Assembly: GCA_964016885.1 (NCBI GenBank)
Contig: OZ024740.1
Span: forward strand, 108,438,001-108,502,000
DNA length: 64,000 nucleotides
From: Eledone cirrhosa
Taxonomy: Eukaryota
Direction: 5' to 3'
Shown here in pieces: positions 44,016 to 56,680 of the stretch; the stretch's first letter is position 1; each line of letters starts with the position of its first letter. Position numbers and translations under genes: made by a program. The notes under the pieces are model-generated. The model was not told the DNA's origin. It worked only from the letters and a program-made list of their open reading frames with translations, and made no database searches.

Positions 44016-46100
44016 ATCGACCCAATAGAGGGACCAGCAGTATTAGTCGAGGGGAGTATAATAAGTAAGGCAATCAAGGATATGAAGACGGGTAAGGCGG
44101 CTGGGCCTTCGGAAATAGTTGCTGAGATGCTGAAGGCATCTGGCACGGTGGGACACACCATGGTCACCCGCATAGTTAACCAAGTCGTACAGAATGGGGT
44201 TGTTCCGAAGGACTGGCATAGCAGCATCATCGTTAACTGTTATAAGGGTAAAGGAGACGCCCTAGATAGGAGTAACTATAGAGGCATTAAATTAATCGAC
44301 CAGGTCATGAAGGTCACGGAAAAAGTAATAGCGCAACTAATCAGAGAGAGAATTGACCTAGATGAAATGCAGTTCGGGTTTGTGTCAGGCAAAAGTACCA
44401 CAGACGCTCTTTTCATAGTACGACAACTACAGGAGAAGTACCTAGCTAAAGGTAAACCCCTCTACTTAGCTTTTGTCGACTTGGAGAAAGCCTTCGACAG
44501 AGTCCCCCGCTCCATTATCTGGTGGGCTCTTAGAAAACTAGGCGTTGACGAATGGCTTGTGAGGGCTATACAAGCCATGTATAAAGAAACAGTCAGCAAG
44601 GTTAGAATTAACAACGAATATAGTGAAGAGTTTAGCGTAAAAGTTGGCGTCCATCAGGGCTCTGTTCTCAGCCCACTACTATTTATTATTGCCCTTCAGG
44701 CTATAACAGAGGAGTTCAAGACAGGCTGCCCATGGGAACTCCTATACGCAGACGACCTGACACTCATAGCGGAATCAATGGCCGAGCTAGAGAAGAAATT
44801 CCAAACATGGAAGCACGGCCTAGAGTCAAAAGGACTTAAAATTAACCTGGCTAAGACCAAAGTACTAGTTTGTAGGAAAGAAAACAAGGCGGCGGTCCCT
44901 TCTGGGAAATGGTCGTGCTCGGTGTGTAGGAAAGGCATAGGTAGAAACTCCATTTTATGTCCTAAATGCAAAGTATGGGTGCATAAAAGATGTAGTGGGA
45001 TCACAGGTAAGCTAACTAAGAACATAGATTTTACATGTGGCCGGTGCTCTGGTGCAATAAGTAGCAGCAAGTGCCCACAAACTACTAGCTCTTTCAATTG
45101 CGCAGAGGGTTCTATAGAAATAGTGGACAGCTTCCGTTACCTGGGCGATAAAATCAGCAGTGGGGGAGGGTGCTCTGAAAGTACTGTAGCTAGAGTCAGA
45201 ACTGGTTGGAAAAAGTTCAGAGAGCTTATACCACTATTAGCTGCTAAAGGGTTCTCACTAAAAATGAAAGGCAGGTTGTACGATGCCTGCATACGAACAG
45301 CAATGCTGCATGGCAGTGAGACCTGGGCATTGTGTGCAGAGGATATACGCAGACTAGAGAGGAACGAAGCTTGCATGCTCCGCTGGATGTGTAACAGTAA
45401 TATACGTGAACGGCAAAGCATAAACGAACTAAGGAAAAAATTAGAGATAAGAGGGATCAGATGTTGTTTACTCGAGAGAAGGCTACATTGGTATGGACAC
45501 GTGATGCGCATGAAAGTCGATAGCTGTATAACAAAGTGCAGGGCAATAAAGATAGACGGTAGTCACGGAATAGGCAGACCCAGAAAAACCTGCGACGAGC
45601 TGATAAACTCCGACATCACACACTTACACCTCTCCAAGACAATGTCACTGGACCGAGACCTTTGGCGGTACTCAGTAACAGAGAAGACCCGCCTTACCTA
45701 AATATATAGTAAAACCTACTCCAGCCAGTAGGCATCTCTAACAAAATACACCCCGTCCCAACACCACCACCCCCACCCGATCCACACCACCCCGTTCTAT
45801 GTAAAGTTATGTTGGTGCCGCGCCATCGAGGCCGAAACAAATGAGATCGTGTAGGTGTCACGACAAAAAAACACACAGTCCACGCTGTAATGTGGCCGTG
45901 TAGGCAACACGGTAAAAACCTCCCAGACCCACACTGTAAATGTGGTTGGTGTTAGGAAGGGCATCCAACTGTAGAAAACCTGCCAGACAGTCCTATGCGA
46001 GCAAGACAATCGCTCTTGCCTCAAGTGGGACTACCCCCGTCCAAACCCATGCAAGCGTGGAACACGGACGTTAAACGCTGATGATGATGATGATGATGAT
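44016..46100 (+). mobile_element. RTE family A, 5'-truncated, open RT+PHD frame
   Basis: ORF to 45701, 3'UTR, (GAT)n tail. Confidence 0.93.
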
Positions 46101-46309
46101 ATGTATATATAAATATGTATATATATATATATGTATATATATATATGTATATATATATATATGTATATATATATATGTATATATATATATGTATATATAT
46201 ATATGTGTATATATATATATGTATATATATATATGTATTTATATATATGTGTGTATATATATATGTATATATATATATGTATTTATATATATGTGTGTAT
46301 ATATATATG

Positions 46310-46340
<31 letters not shown>

Positions 46341-46459
46341 GTATATAATATATATATATATATTATATACATATATGTATATAATATATATGTATATATA
46401 TATATATGTATATAATATATATATATATATTATATACATATATGTATATAATATATATA

Positions 46460-46522
<63 letters not shown>

Positions 46523-46526
<4 letters not shown>

Positions 46527-46601
46527 GTGACAGTCAAGTTTGTAATTTTCAACTGTGGAATATTTTCACTGTTGAAAATTGCAAACTTGACTGTCACCAC
46601 A
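46523..46601. repeat. 79-bp near-perfect palindrome directly upstream of a hammerhead
   Basis: TGTGGTGACAGTCAAGTTTG...CAAACTTGACTGTCACCACA. Confidence 0.9.
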
Positions 46602-46606
46602 GAATA

Positions 46607-46645
46607 TGAACCTGAAGATTGCGAAAGCATGAAAGTACTTGTTCA
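46607..46645 (+). ncRNA. Minimal type I hammerhead ribozyme (39 nt)
   Basis: TGAAC-CTGAAGA-T.TGC(GAAA)GCA.T-GAA-A(GTAC)T-T-GTTCA: stem I TGAAC/GTTCA, GNRA-capped stem II, 1-bp stem III with palindromic GTAC loop. Confidence 0.75.
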
Positions 46646-46835
46646 GTTAACACTTAACATTTAATATTCTATCATACTATTTCATTATAATACCATATTA
46701 TATATATTTTAAAGGATTGTAAATAAAACGAGTAAATCAGACAAAGTTGGAATTCCTTTTATTAATATAATCTTCTATACTCAATCATACACACCCGTGT
46801 ATATTTATCTATCTATATATATATATGTGTATATG

Positions 46836-46887
<52 letters not shown>

Positions 46888-46889
46888 TA

Positions 46890-46934
<45 letters not shown>

Positions 46935-46939
46935 CTATA

Positions 46940-46972
<33 letters not shown>

Positions 46973-46998
46973 ATATATATATATATGTATATATATAT

Positions 46999-47349
46999 GG
47001 AGGCACATGGCTTAGTGGTTAGAGCATTGGCCTTGCAATCGAAAGGTTGTGAGTTCAATTCTCAGACCGGGTGATGTGTTGTTTCCTTGAGCAAGACACT
47101 TTATTTCACATTGCTCCAGTTTACTCAGCTGTAGAAATGAGATGATAGGGACTGAGGTCCCTATCATTCCACTGCAAAGTGGTCGTGGAGGTGCCACGGC
47201 AAAAAAGCACCCAGCACTCACTGTAAATGAGGTTGGTGTTAGGAAGGGCATCCAGCTGTAGAAATCAAGCCAGCATCAGTTCCCGTCCCACCCTTGCAAG
47301 CAGGGAAAAAGCGGACGTAAAATGAAATGATGATGATGATGATGATGAT
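46999..47349 (+). mobile_element. tRNA-derived SINE with RTE family B-type 3' tail
   Basis: A box TGGCTTAGTGG, B box GAGTTCAATTC, central TCCTTGAGCAAGACACTT, tail matching ~6700-6845, (GAT)n end. Confidence 0.88.
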
Positions 47350-47633
47350 ATATGTATATATATATATCTATATATATATGTATATATATATATCCATATA
47401 TATATGTATATATATATATCTATATATATATGTATATATATATATCTATATATATATGTATATATCTATATATCTATATATATATGTATATATCTATATA
47501 TATATGTATATATCTATATATCTATATATATATGTATATATCTATATATATATGTATATATATATATATCTATATATATATGTATATATATATATATAGT
47601 AATAATAATAAATTTGAAGTCTAAAATCCATAT

Positions 47634-48214
47634 ATCATCATCATCATCGTTTAACGTCCGTGTTCCATGCTTGCATGGGTTTGGACGGGAGTTTTCCCAC
47701 TTGAGACAAGAGTGGTTGTCTTGCTCGCATAGGACTGTCTGGCGAGTTTTCTACAGTTGGATGCCCTTCCTAACACGAACCACATTTACAGTGTGGGGCT
47801 GGGAGGTTTTTACCGTGTTGCCTACACGGCCACATTACAGCGTGGACTGTGTGTTTTCTTGTTGTGACACCTACACGATCTCATTTGTTTCGGCCTGGAT
47901 TTTGTGGCACCAACATAACTTTACATTGAAAGTGGGGGTGTGGATGGGGGGGGGGGGTTGTTAGAGATGCCTACTGACTGTAGTAGATTTACTTTGTATT
48001 TAGGCAAGGCGGGTCTTCTCTATTACTGAGTACCGCCAAAGGTCTCGGTCCAGTGACTTTGTCTTGGAGAGGTGTAAGTGTGTGAGGTCGGAATTTATCA
48101 GCTCGTCCCAGGTTTTTCTGGGTCTGCCTACTCCGTAGCTACCGTCTATCTTTATTGCCCTGCACTTTGTTATACAGCTGTCGTCTCTCATGCGCATCAC
48201 GTGACCATACCAAC
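47634..48214 (-). mobile_element. RTE family A variant, 3' fragment
   Basis: [22 protein letters not shown], 3'UTR, (CAT)n. Confidence 0.9.
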
Positions 48215-48279
<65 letters not shown>

Positions 48280-48334
48280 CATGTATATATATGTATATAT
48301 ATATATACATACATGCATACGTGACCATACCAAC

Positions 48335-48372
<38 letters not shown>

Positions 48373-48445
48373 CTATACATACATGTATATATATGTATAT
48401 ATATATATATACATGTATATATATATATATATGTATATATATATG

Positions 48446-48478
<33 letters not shown>

Positions 48479-48532
48479 GTATATATATATACATATACAT
48501 ACATGTATATATATGTATATATATATACATAT

Positions 48533-48621
<89 letters not shown>

Positions 48622-48713
48622 CATGTATGTATATATATATATATATATACATGTATGTATATATATACATGTATATATATATATATATATACATACATGT
48701 ATATATATATATT

Positions 48714-48828
48714 GTGACAAACTCACTTACTTTAATCTCAGCCTTGATAAGCCTCAATAAATGCGAAACAAGGCCTTGTCGGCTTATCTCCCCTTGTTTG
48801 CTGAGATTAAAGTAAGTGAGTTTGTCAC
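48714..48828 (+). ncRNA. Hairpin (29-bp arms) enclosing a hammerhead relic that lacks CTGATGA
   Basis: GATAAGCC..ATGC-GAA-ACAA(GGCC)TTGT-C-GGCTTATC inside the GTGACAAACTCACTTACTTTAATCTCAGC inverted repeat. Confidence 0.55.
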
Positions 48829-49024
48829 TACTCCAAAGCAATAGCATACGGTCTTCAAAATGCTTTTAATTAAGCATAAAGTGTATTACAAAATACATTA
48901 TATATACATTCATATATATATTGCTATTTCAGAACTCCAATTCTAATATATATATATGTATATATATGTATGTATATATATATATGTATATATATATGTA
49001 TGTATATATATGTATATATATATG

Positions 49025-49055
<31 letters not shown>

Positions 49056-49322
49056 GTGTATATATATATGTGTATATATATATATATGTGTATATATATA
49101 TATATGTGTATATATATATATGTATATATATATATGTATATATATATATGTGTATATATATATGTATATATATATGTATATATATAATGTATATATATAT
49201 ATGTATATATATAATGTATATATATATATGTATATGTATATATATAATGTATATATATATATATATGTCTATATATATATGTATGTATATATATATATGC
49301 ATATATATATATGTATTTATAT

Positions 49323-50908
49323 ATCATCATCATCATCATCGTTTAACGTCCATCTTCCACACTTGCATGGGTTTGGACGGGAGTTTTCCCACTTGAGGCT
49401 CGTATAAGACTGTCTGGTGGGTTTTATACGGCTGGATGCCCTTCCTAACACCAACCATGTTTACAGTGTGGACTGGGAGGTTTTTACCGTGTTACCTACA
49501 CGGCCACATTACAGCGTGGACTGTGAGTTTTTTTTGTCGTGACACCTACACGACCTCCTTTGTTTCGGACTGGATGTTGTGGTACCAACATAACTTCACA
49601 TTGAAGGGGGTGGTGTGGATGTGTGGGGGTAGTGGGACAGGGGTGTATTTTTGTTAGATGTGCCTACTGACTGTAGGTTTCGCTTTGTACTTAGGCAAGG
49701 CGGGTCTTCTGTATTACTGTGTAGCGCCAAAGATCTCGGTCCAGTGACATTGTCTTGGAGAGGTGTAAGTGTGTGAGGTCGGAATTTATCAAGTCGTCGC
49801 AGGTTTTTCTGGGTCTGCCTACTCTGTGGCTACCGTCTATTTTTATCGCCCTGCACTTTATTATACAGCTGTCGTCTTTCATGCGCATCACGTGACCGAG
49901 TAAACAACATCTGATCCCTCTTATTCCTAATTTCACCCTTAGTTTGTTTATGCTTTGCAGTTCATGTATATTACTATTACACATCCAGCGGAGCATGGAA
50001 GCTTCGTTCCTCTCCAGTCTGCATATATCCTCTGCACACAATGCCCTGGTCTCACTGCCATGTAACATTGCTGTTCGTATGCAGGCATCATACAGCCTGC
50101 CTTTCATTTTTAGAGAGAACCCTTTAGCAGCCAATAGTGGTATAAGCCCTCTGAACTTTTTCCATCCCGTTCTGACTCTAGGTACTGTACTTTCAGAGCC
50201 CCCTCTCCCACTGCTGATTTTGTGACCCAGGTAACGGAAGGTGTCCACTATTTCTATAGAACCATCTGTGCAATGGAATGAGCTAGTATTCTGTGGGCAC
50301 TTGCTGCTATTTATTGCATCAGAGCACCGGCCACATATAAAATCTATATTCTTAGTTAGCTTACCTGTGATCCCACTACATCTTTTATGCACCCATACTT
50401 TGCATTTGGGACATAAAATGGAGTTTCTGCCTACTCCTTTCCTAGACACTGAGCATGGCCATTTCCCAGATGGGACCGGTGCCCTATTTTCCTTCCTACA
50501 AACTAGAACTTTAGACTTAGACAAGTTAACTTTAAGGCCTTTTGATTCTAGGCCATACTTCCATGTTTGGAACTTCTTCTCTAGTTCAGCCATTGATTCA
50601 GCTATGAGCGTTAGATCATCTGCGTATAGGAGTTCCCATGGGCAGCCGGTCTTGAACTCCTCTGTTATAGCCTGAAGGGGAATAATAAATAGTAGGGGGC
50701 TAAGAACGGAGCCCTGATGAACACCAACTTTTACGCTAAACTCTTCACTATATTCGTTGTTAATTCTAACCTTGCTGACTGTTTCTTTATACATGGCTTG
50801 TATAGCTCTCACAAGCCATTCATCAACACCTAGTTTTCTAAGAGCCCACCATATAATGGAGCGGGGGACTCTGTCAAAGGCTTTCTCCAAGTCAACAAAA
50901 GCTAAGTA
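49323..50908 (-). mobile_element. RTE family A variant, 5'-truncated
   Basis: ORF 49691..50890 with YADD and a degenerate PHD; small in-frame deletion. Confidence 0.9.
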
Positions 50909-50946
50909 TATGTATATATATATTTATATATATATATGTATATATA

Positions 50947-50987
<41 letters not shown>

Positions 50988-51050
50988 ATATATATATTTA
51001 TATATATATATGTATATATATATTTATATATATATATGTATATATATATT

Positions 51051-51097
<47 letters not shown>

Positions 51098-51381
51098 GTA
51101 TATATATATGTATATATATATGTATATATATATGTATATATATATGTGTATATATATGTATATATATATGTGTATATATATGTATATATGTATACATATA
51201 TATATATACATGTGTATATATATGTATACATATATATATATACATGTGTATATATATGTATATATATATATGTATACATATATATATATACATATGTATA
51301 TATATGTATATATATATGTATACATATATATATATACATATGTATATATATGTATATATATATATGTATATATATATATGT

Positions 51382-52257
51382 ATCATCATCATTATCATTT
51401 TACGTCCGCTTTTCCCTGCTTGCATGGGTGGGACGGGAAGTGATTCTGGCTTGATTTCTACAGCTGGATGCCTTTCCTAACACCAACCTCCTTTACAGTG
51501 AGTGGTGGGTGTTTTTTTTCCGTGGCGCCTACACGCGGAGCATGCAAGCTTCGTTCCTCTCTAGTCTGCGTATATCCTCTGCACACAATGCCCAGGTCTC
51601 ACTGCCATGTAACATTGCTGTTCATATGCAGGCATCATACAGCCTGCCTTTCATTATAAGGGAGAACCCTTTAGCGGCTAATAGAGGTATAAGCTCTCTG
51701 AACTTTTTCCATCCAGTTCTAATAGACGGTAGCCACAGAGTAGGCAGACCCAGAAAAACCTGGGACGACTTGATAAATCCGACCTCACACACTTACACCT
51801 TTCCAAGACAATGTCACTGGACCGTGATCTTTGGCGGTACTCAGTAATAGAGAAGACCCGCCTCACCTAAATACAAAGTAAAACCTATTACAGTCAGTAA
51901 GCACCTCTAACAAAATACACCCCCGTCCCACTACCCCCCACCTCATCCACATCGCCCCTTTCAATGTAAAGTTATGTTGGTACCACAACATCCAGGCCGA
52001 AACAAATGAGGTCGTGTAGGTGTCACGACAAAAAAAACACACGGTCCACGCTGTAATGTGGCCGTGTAGGTAACACGGTAAAAACCTCCCAGTTCCACAC
52101 TGTAAATGTGGTTGGTGTTAGGAAGGGCATCCAGCCGTAGAAAACCCGCCAGACAGTCCTATGCGAGCAAGACAACCACTCTTGCCTCAAGTGGGAAAAC
52201 TCCCGTCCAAACCCATGCAAGCGTGGAATACGGACGTTAAATGATGATGATGATGAT
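51382..52257. mobile_element. Composite: SINE/family B tail (minus) + inverted RTE-A segment (51535-51720, minus) + RTE-A 3' end (51721-52257, plus)
   Basis: Orientation switch at ...CCAGTTCT|AATAGACGG; (CAT)n and (GAT)n tails at the outer ends. Confidence 0.75.
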
Positions 52258-52922
52258 ATATATGTATATATATGTGTATATATATGTATATATATATATA
52301 TGTATATATATGCCATCTTTATCATTATTGCATATGTGTTTATGTGATGCTTTCTTTCCTCTTTTCTATTGCCAATAAAAACCTCTTTAGATGTGTATCA
52401 TTAAAACCCTATAATTTTCCAGTCTTTTACATCAGATAATTACAATACCAATACTGTTAACCATAAGTACATACAAAATATATTAAGAAAATAGCAATTT
52501 ATAAACTTGGTGTCTGATAGATTTTTCATTGTAATGAAGTCAAAGTGAAGTGAACTGAATATATATTTGTTATTTTGTCTGACTGTCTGCCTCTCTCTGG
52601 TCCTATATGTCTATATCTATCTCTATCCATGCTAACCAGTTTCACCTAAATATCTGCCTACCTCCCTTCCTACCTAACTACCCACTTACCTATTTATTTA
52701 TCTATCTATCCATCTATCTACCATCCTTCCTATCCACTTACCTATCTATCTACCTAGGTATCTATCTATCTAAATACATATCTATCCATCTATCTACCAT
52801 CCTTCCTGTCCACTTACCCATCTATCTACCTAGGTATCTATCTATGTAAATACATATCTATCCATCTATCTACCTAACTATGTATGTCCGTCTATCTATC
52901 TAACTATCCTACCTACTTATAT

Positions 52923-54470
52923 ATCATCATCATTTAACCCTTTAGCATTTAAACTGGCTGTATCCGGCCAGAATTCTCTCACCTCTTTCTGTTGAAACCG
53001 GCAGTAAACAGATGCTCATAATGATGCTAAGGTATTTTTCTCAAAATAAATAATATCAAAATCTCCTAGATTCGATATTATGTGAGATTTGATTCGATAT
53101 TATGTGAGATAATTGTTAGATAAAGTGTTTACCATAAAAATACAATAGTATATATAGATTAATGTAAATGTTAAAGGGTTAACATCTATTTTTCCACGCT
53201 TGCATGAGTTAGATCAGTTGTCATGTTATGAGACAAGTCAGTTTAGGTGACTACAACTTGCTCATACAGATCTGTATTCTGGCTTGGTTTCTATGGCTGG
53301 GTGTCTTTCCTAACACCAACCACATTGCAGTGTGGATATGATGCTTTTTATTGGGGAACCAAAACCATCATCTAACAGGGTAGACTGGGTGCTTTTTCAT
53401 TGTATCACCAGCACCGACCACTTTACAGCGTGGACTGGGTGCTTTTTCATTGTATCACCAGCACAAACGCTTTACAGGGTGGACTGGGTGCTTTTTCATT
53501 GTATCACCAGCACGACTGCTTTACAGGGTAGACTGGGTGCTTTTTTTCTTGTGTTACCAACACAACCACCTTTCAGGGTTGACTGGGAGCCTCTTGTGTC
53601 CACTAGCATGACCACCTTGGACTTAGTAGTTTTTTGTCATGGCAGCAGCATTGATACTGATCAGATGTGGAGTGTCTAGCTTTCCATACCTGTATGTATG
53701 AGTTGGGCTTTAGAAGTGTATCGGGTGTGAGAGTTGTTGAGATGGGGGACCAGTACGCAAGTTAGACATGGATGAGGTGAGTGGGATATTTAGCTAATGG
53801 AGGGTTTTAAGACTGGGGAGGGTGAATGGAGGAGGGGTAGGGGGATGATTGGAGCAAACTAATGCCCTCTACATGTTTGTTTCATCCTGTGCACATGGAA
53901 AGGTAGGTCTTCTGCTGTACAGCATAGCGCCAGAGATCTCAATGCTGTATCATCTCCTTTGAGAGGTTTAATTGGGCAAAGTCACCTTTTATCACTTCAT
54001 CTTAAGCTTTCCTAAGTCTTTCTCTTCAGTAGCTTCTGTCAACTTTGAGCACCCTGCCTCTCTTTATACAGCTGTCATCCTCCATACACTCACACTGCAT
54101 CTGATCCCTCTTATGCCTAGCTTCTTTTTCAGTTTATTTACACTTCACTGTTCATGCACACTACTATTACATATCCATTGAAGCTGTCAAGCTTCATTTC
54201 TTTCCAATCTTCATAGGTCCTCTGCACATGATGCCAAGGTCTCATTTCCATGCAGTGTTGTTCATACACAGGCCTCATACAATCTGCCTCTCATTTTGAG
54301 AGAAAACCTTTTTGTAGCTAACAGGGGTAGTAGCTCCCTGAACTTTTTCCATCTTGTTCTCTTTGGCTACTGTACTTTCAGAACACCCACCTCACTGCAA
54401 ATTTAATCACCCAGGTAACAGAGGCTATCAACTACTTCTACAGAGCCCTCTAAGCATTCAATGGAGCTTC
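52923..54470 (-). mobile_element. Old diverged RTE 3' fragment; 3'UTR with ~47-bp tandem modules
   Basis: Degenerate [12 protein letters not shown]-type coding at 54200-54460; GACTGGGTGCTTTTTCATTGTATCACCAGCAC modules at 53380-53590. Confidence 0.75.
52938..53178. mobile_element. piggyBac-like MITE
   Basis: TTAA|CCCTTTAGCATTTA...TAAATGTTAAAGGG|TTAA. Confidence 0.8.
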
Positions 54471-55988
54471 AGCATATAGGTGTTCCTACCTATCTTTGTA
54501 TCTATCTCCACACACACACACATAAATTACTTTCTAGTCTATCTATGTATATCCTTACACACATACACCTCTCTTTCTATTGCTGTCTGTCTCCATACAT
54601 GCACTCTGTCTATCTATCTCCATACACATACTCTATATATCTTCATACATTCTATCTCCATACACACACTCTATATATCTATATATCTTCATACACTATC
54701 TATCTCCATACACACACACTCTATCTATCTCCACGCACACTATCTATCTATAATTTCCCACTCCCAAATCTACAAGGAACTTTAATGATTCCATAACTTT
54801 TAGTATGTATCATATCACAGTAATCATGTCTGTCTTTTACCACAATTCCATTGTAATTATGTCTGTCCATTTTTTATTTTTCTCTCAAATATTTCAACAC
54901 AAAATCAATATTAAATGGAAATTTTATTATTATTTTTTGGCATTTATTATTTTCTTTTTTTGATTTACCATCTTTATTTTACTATTATTAGCAATATCAT
55001 TATTGATATTGGTGTTGTTCATATTGCTGTCAATCTTATCATCATCACTGTTATTATTATTATCGTTGTTATTTCTCCAACAGTTTCATGTAAGTTTTAC
55101 TGCATAAGTAGCATCTGTTATAAGAAATAGAGTAACAAAACAGTTAAATGTTGAATCCATTTGAATTCTCAGGAAGTCAGCATTGTTTAACAATATCATA
55201 TCTTAGTAATATTATTTTCTGATATTACACTGTATGTAGCTAAAAATATAGAACTTGTTAGACATGACTAAGCCATGTTTTCAATAGAACTAGATTTCTG
55301 TTATATCTATGGTTATTCTTGGTGAGAACAACATTTGTCCTTGTTTAATGATATTGGTTCACTAGATATTCTATGATAGTCAGGCTACAAAAAGCTACAA
55401 TCTTTTTCCATTTTCTCTTCTTGTGACTCTGACCTCACTGTGCATACAATATTATCTAATTAATGTATAATGGTTTCTGATTTAGGCACAAGGTCAGCAG
55501 TTTTCAGAGGAGGGAAAGTCAGAAAATTAACCACTGCACTTGTCTAGCACTTTATTTCATTCTTCTTTCTTCGTCCATCTTCTTCCTCTTCTTCTTCGCC
55601 CACTTATCTCTGAGAGGGTTGTGGGAGAAGAGTGTTCAAACACTCCTTCTAGCAGGTCCTGTCAGAAACAACTGTCTCCTATTGATCCGGCTGGATCCCC
55701 AAGTATGACCAGGCAAGCTCATGGATGTTATCCAACCATCTTGCTCGGAGTCTGCCCTCAGGGTCTCCACCTAGTTGGTTTTGCCCATTTGGAAAGGGTC
55801 ATAAAACTGAAACAAATGCCACAAAGTGTTTTGTCTAATGCTCTAATGATTCTGTGGTATCTGTATCTGTTCTGGCTGTGTATGTTTTGAGTTCAAATAT
55901 CACATGTTACCGGAAAAGTATTGATGCTTCTGTCAGGAATTGCAGCCACAAGTTTGATTCAGTAATGGAAAAACCAATGGCAACATAC

Positions 55989-56063
55989 TTTCCTTGGTTC
56001 AATCAGATGATTGGCCCTTTTCCTTTTCTTTGTGTTAAATAATTTGTGTTTTCTGTTTCTGAT
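55989..56063 (-). other. Candidate 75-bp host exon
   Basis: CTTCATTTTTGATAG acceptor, GTATGT donor; single open frame IRNRKHKLFNTKKRKRANHLIEPRK. Confidence 0.3.
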
Positions 56064-56322
56064 CTATCAAAAATGAAGTATTACCACGTGAAAGCATTGT
56101 CTATTTGCCAACAGTCCATTATAAAATACTACTACTACTACTACTACTACTATTATTATTATTAGAGCTTCCAATGTTTTATTTACAATGTATTGCAATG
56201 ACTAGATGTGTCATGTATGAATAATTATTGATCTTTGAAAGTCATGAGGACCAGGGCAAAGGAAGGTAATAGTTAATAGAAAGAGTTTAAAACATAAAGG
56301 AGAAGTTAAGGGATTGTACTGC

Positions 56323-56438
56323 ATATATATATGCATGCAGTAGAGGTCCCTAATTACATAGCTACAAGGCATACTATATATATATAGTATGCCTTGTAGC
56401 TATGTAATTAGGGACCTCTACTGCATGCATATATATAT
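56323..56438. repeat. Perfect 116-bp spacerless palindrome centred on (TA)6
   Basis: Centre between 56380 and 56381. Confidence 0.93.
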
Positions 56439-56499
56439 AATGCAAATAATAAAAAAATGGGCCTCTAGTCTTGCTAGGTTCTCCAGCCTAGTCAGCCAT

Positions 56500-56680
56500 A
56501 TGAATAATACAGCCCTGCTTAGCAGAAAAATCTCAGAGGAACTGAAGATGGCTAAATACCAGGAATTGATGGATTGATTCCTTTTTGTGTTAGTTGCCAT
56601 TGAGACCTCTCGTGTCCTCCTTCCCCAGACTGCTGTTTTCCTTCACCAAATTGGGGTGGAAATGAATGATGCAGTGGGTT
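56500..56680 (+). pseudogene. Relic of the restriction-like endonuclease C-terminus of a CRE/R2-group non-LTR element
   Basis: EELKMAKYQEL..FLFVLVAIETSRVL..TAVFL resembles the KxxKY...F.P.A.ET.G motif. Confidence 0.45.

Noticed and set aside
46999-47072. tRNA gene
   Set aside because: A and B boxes are present but there is no proper acceptor stem, and the sequence continues into a SINE body and LINE tail.
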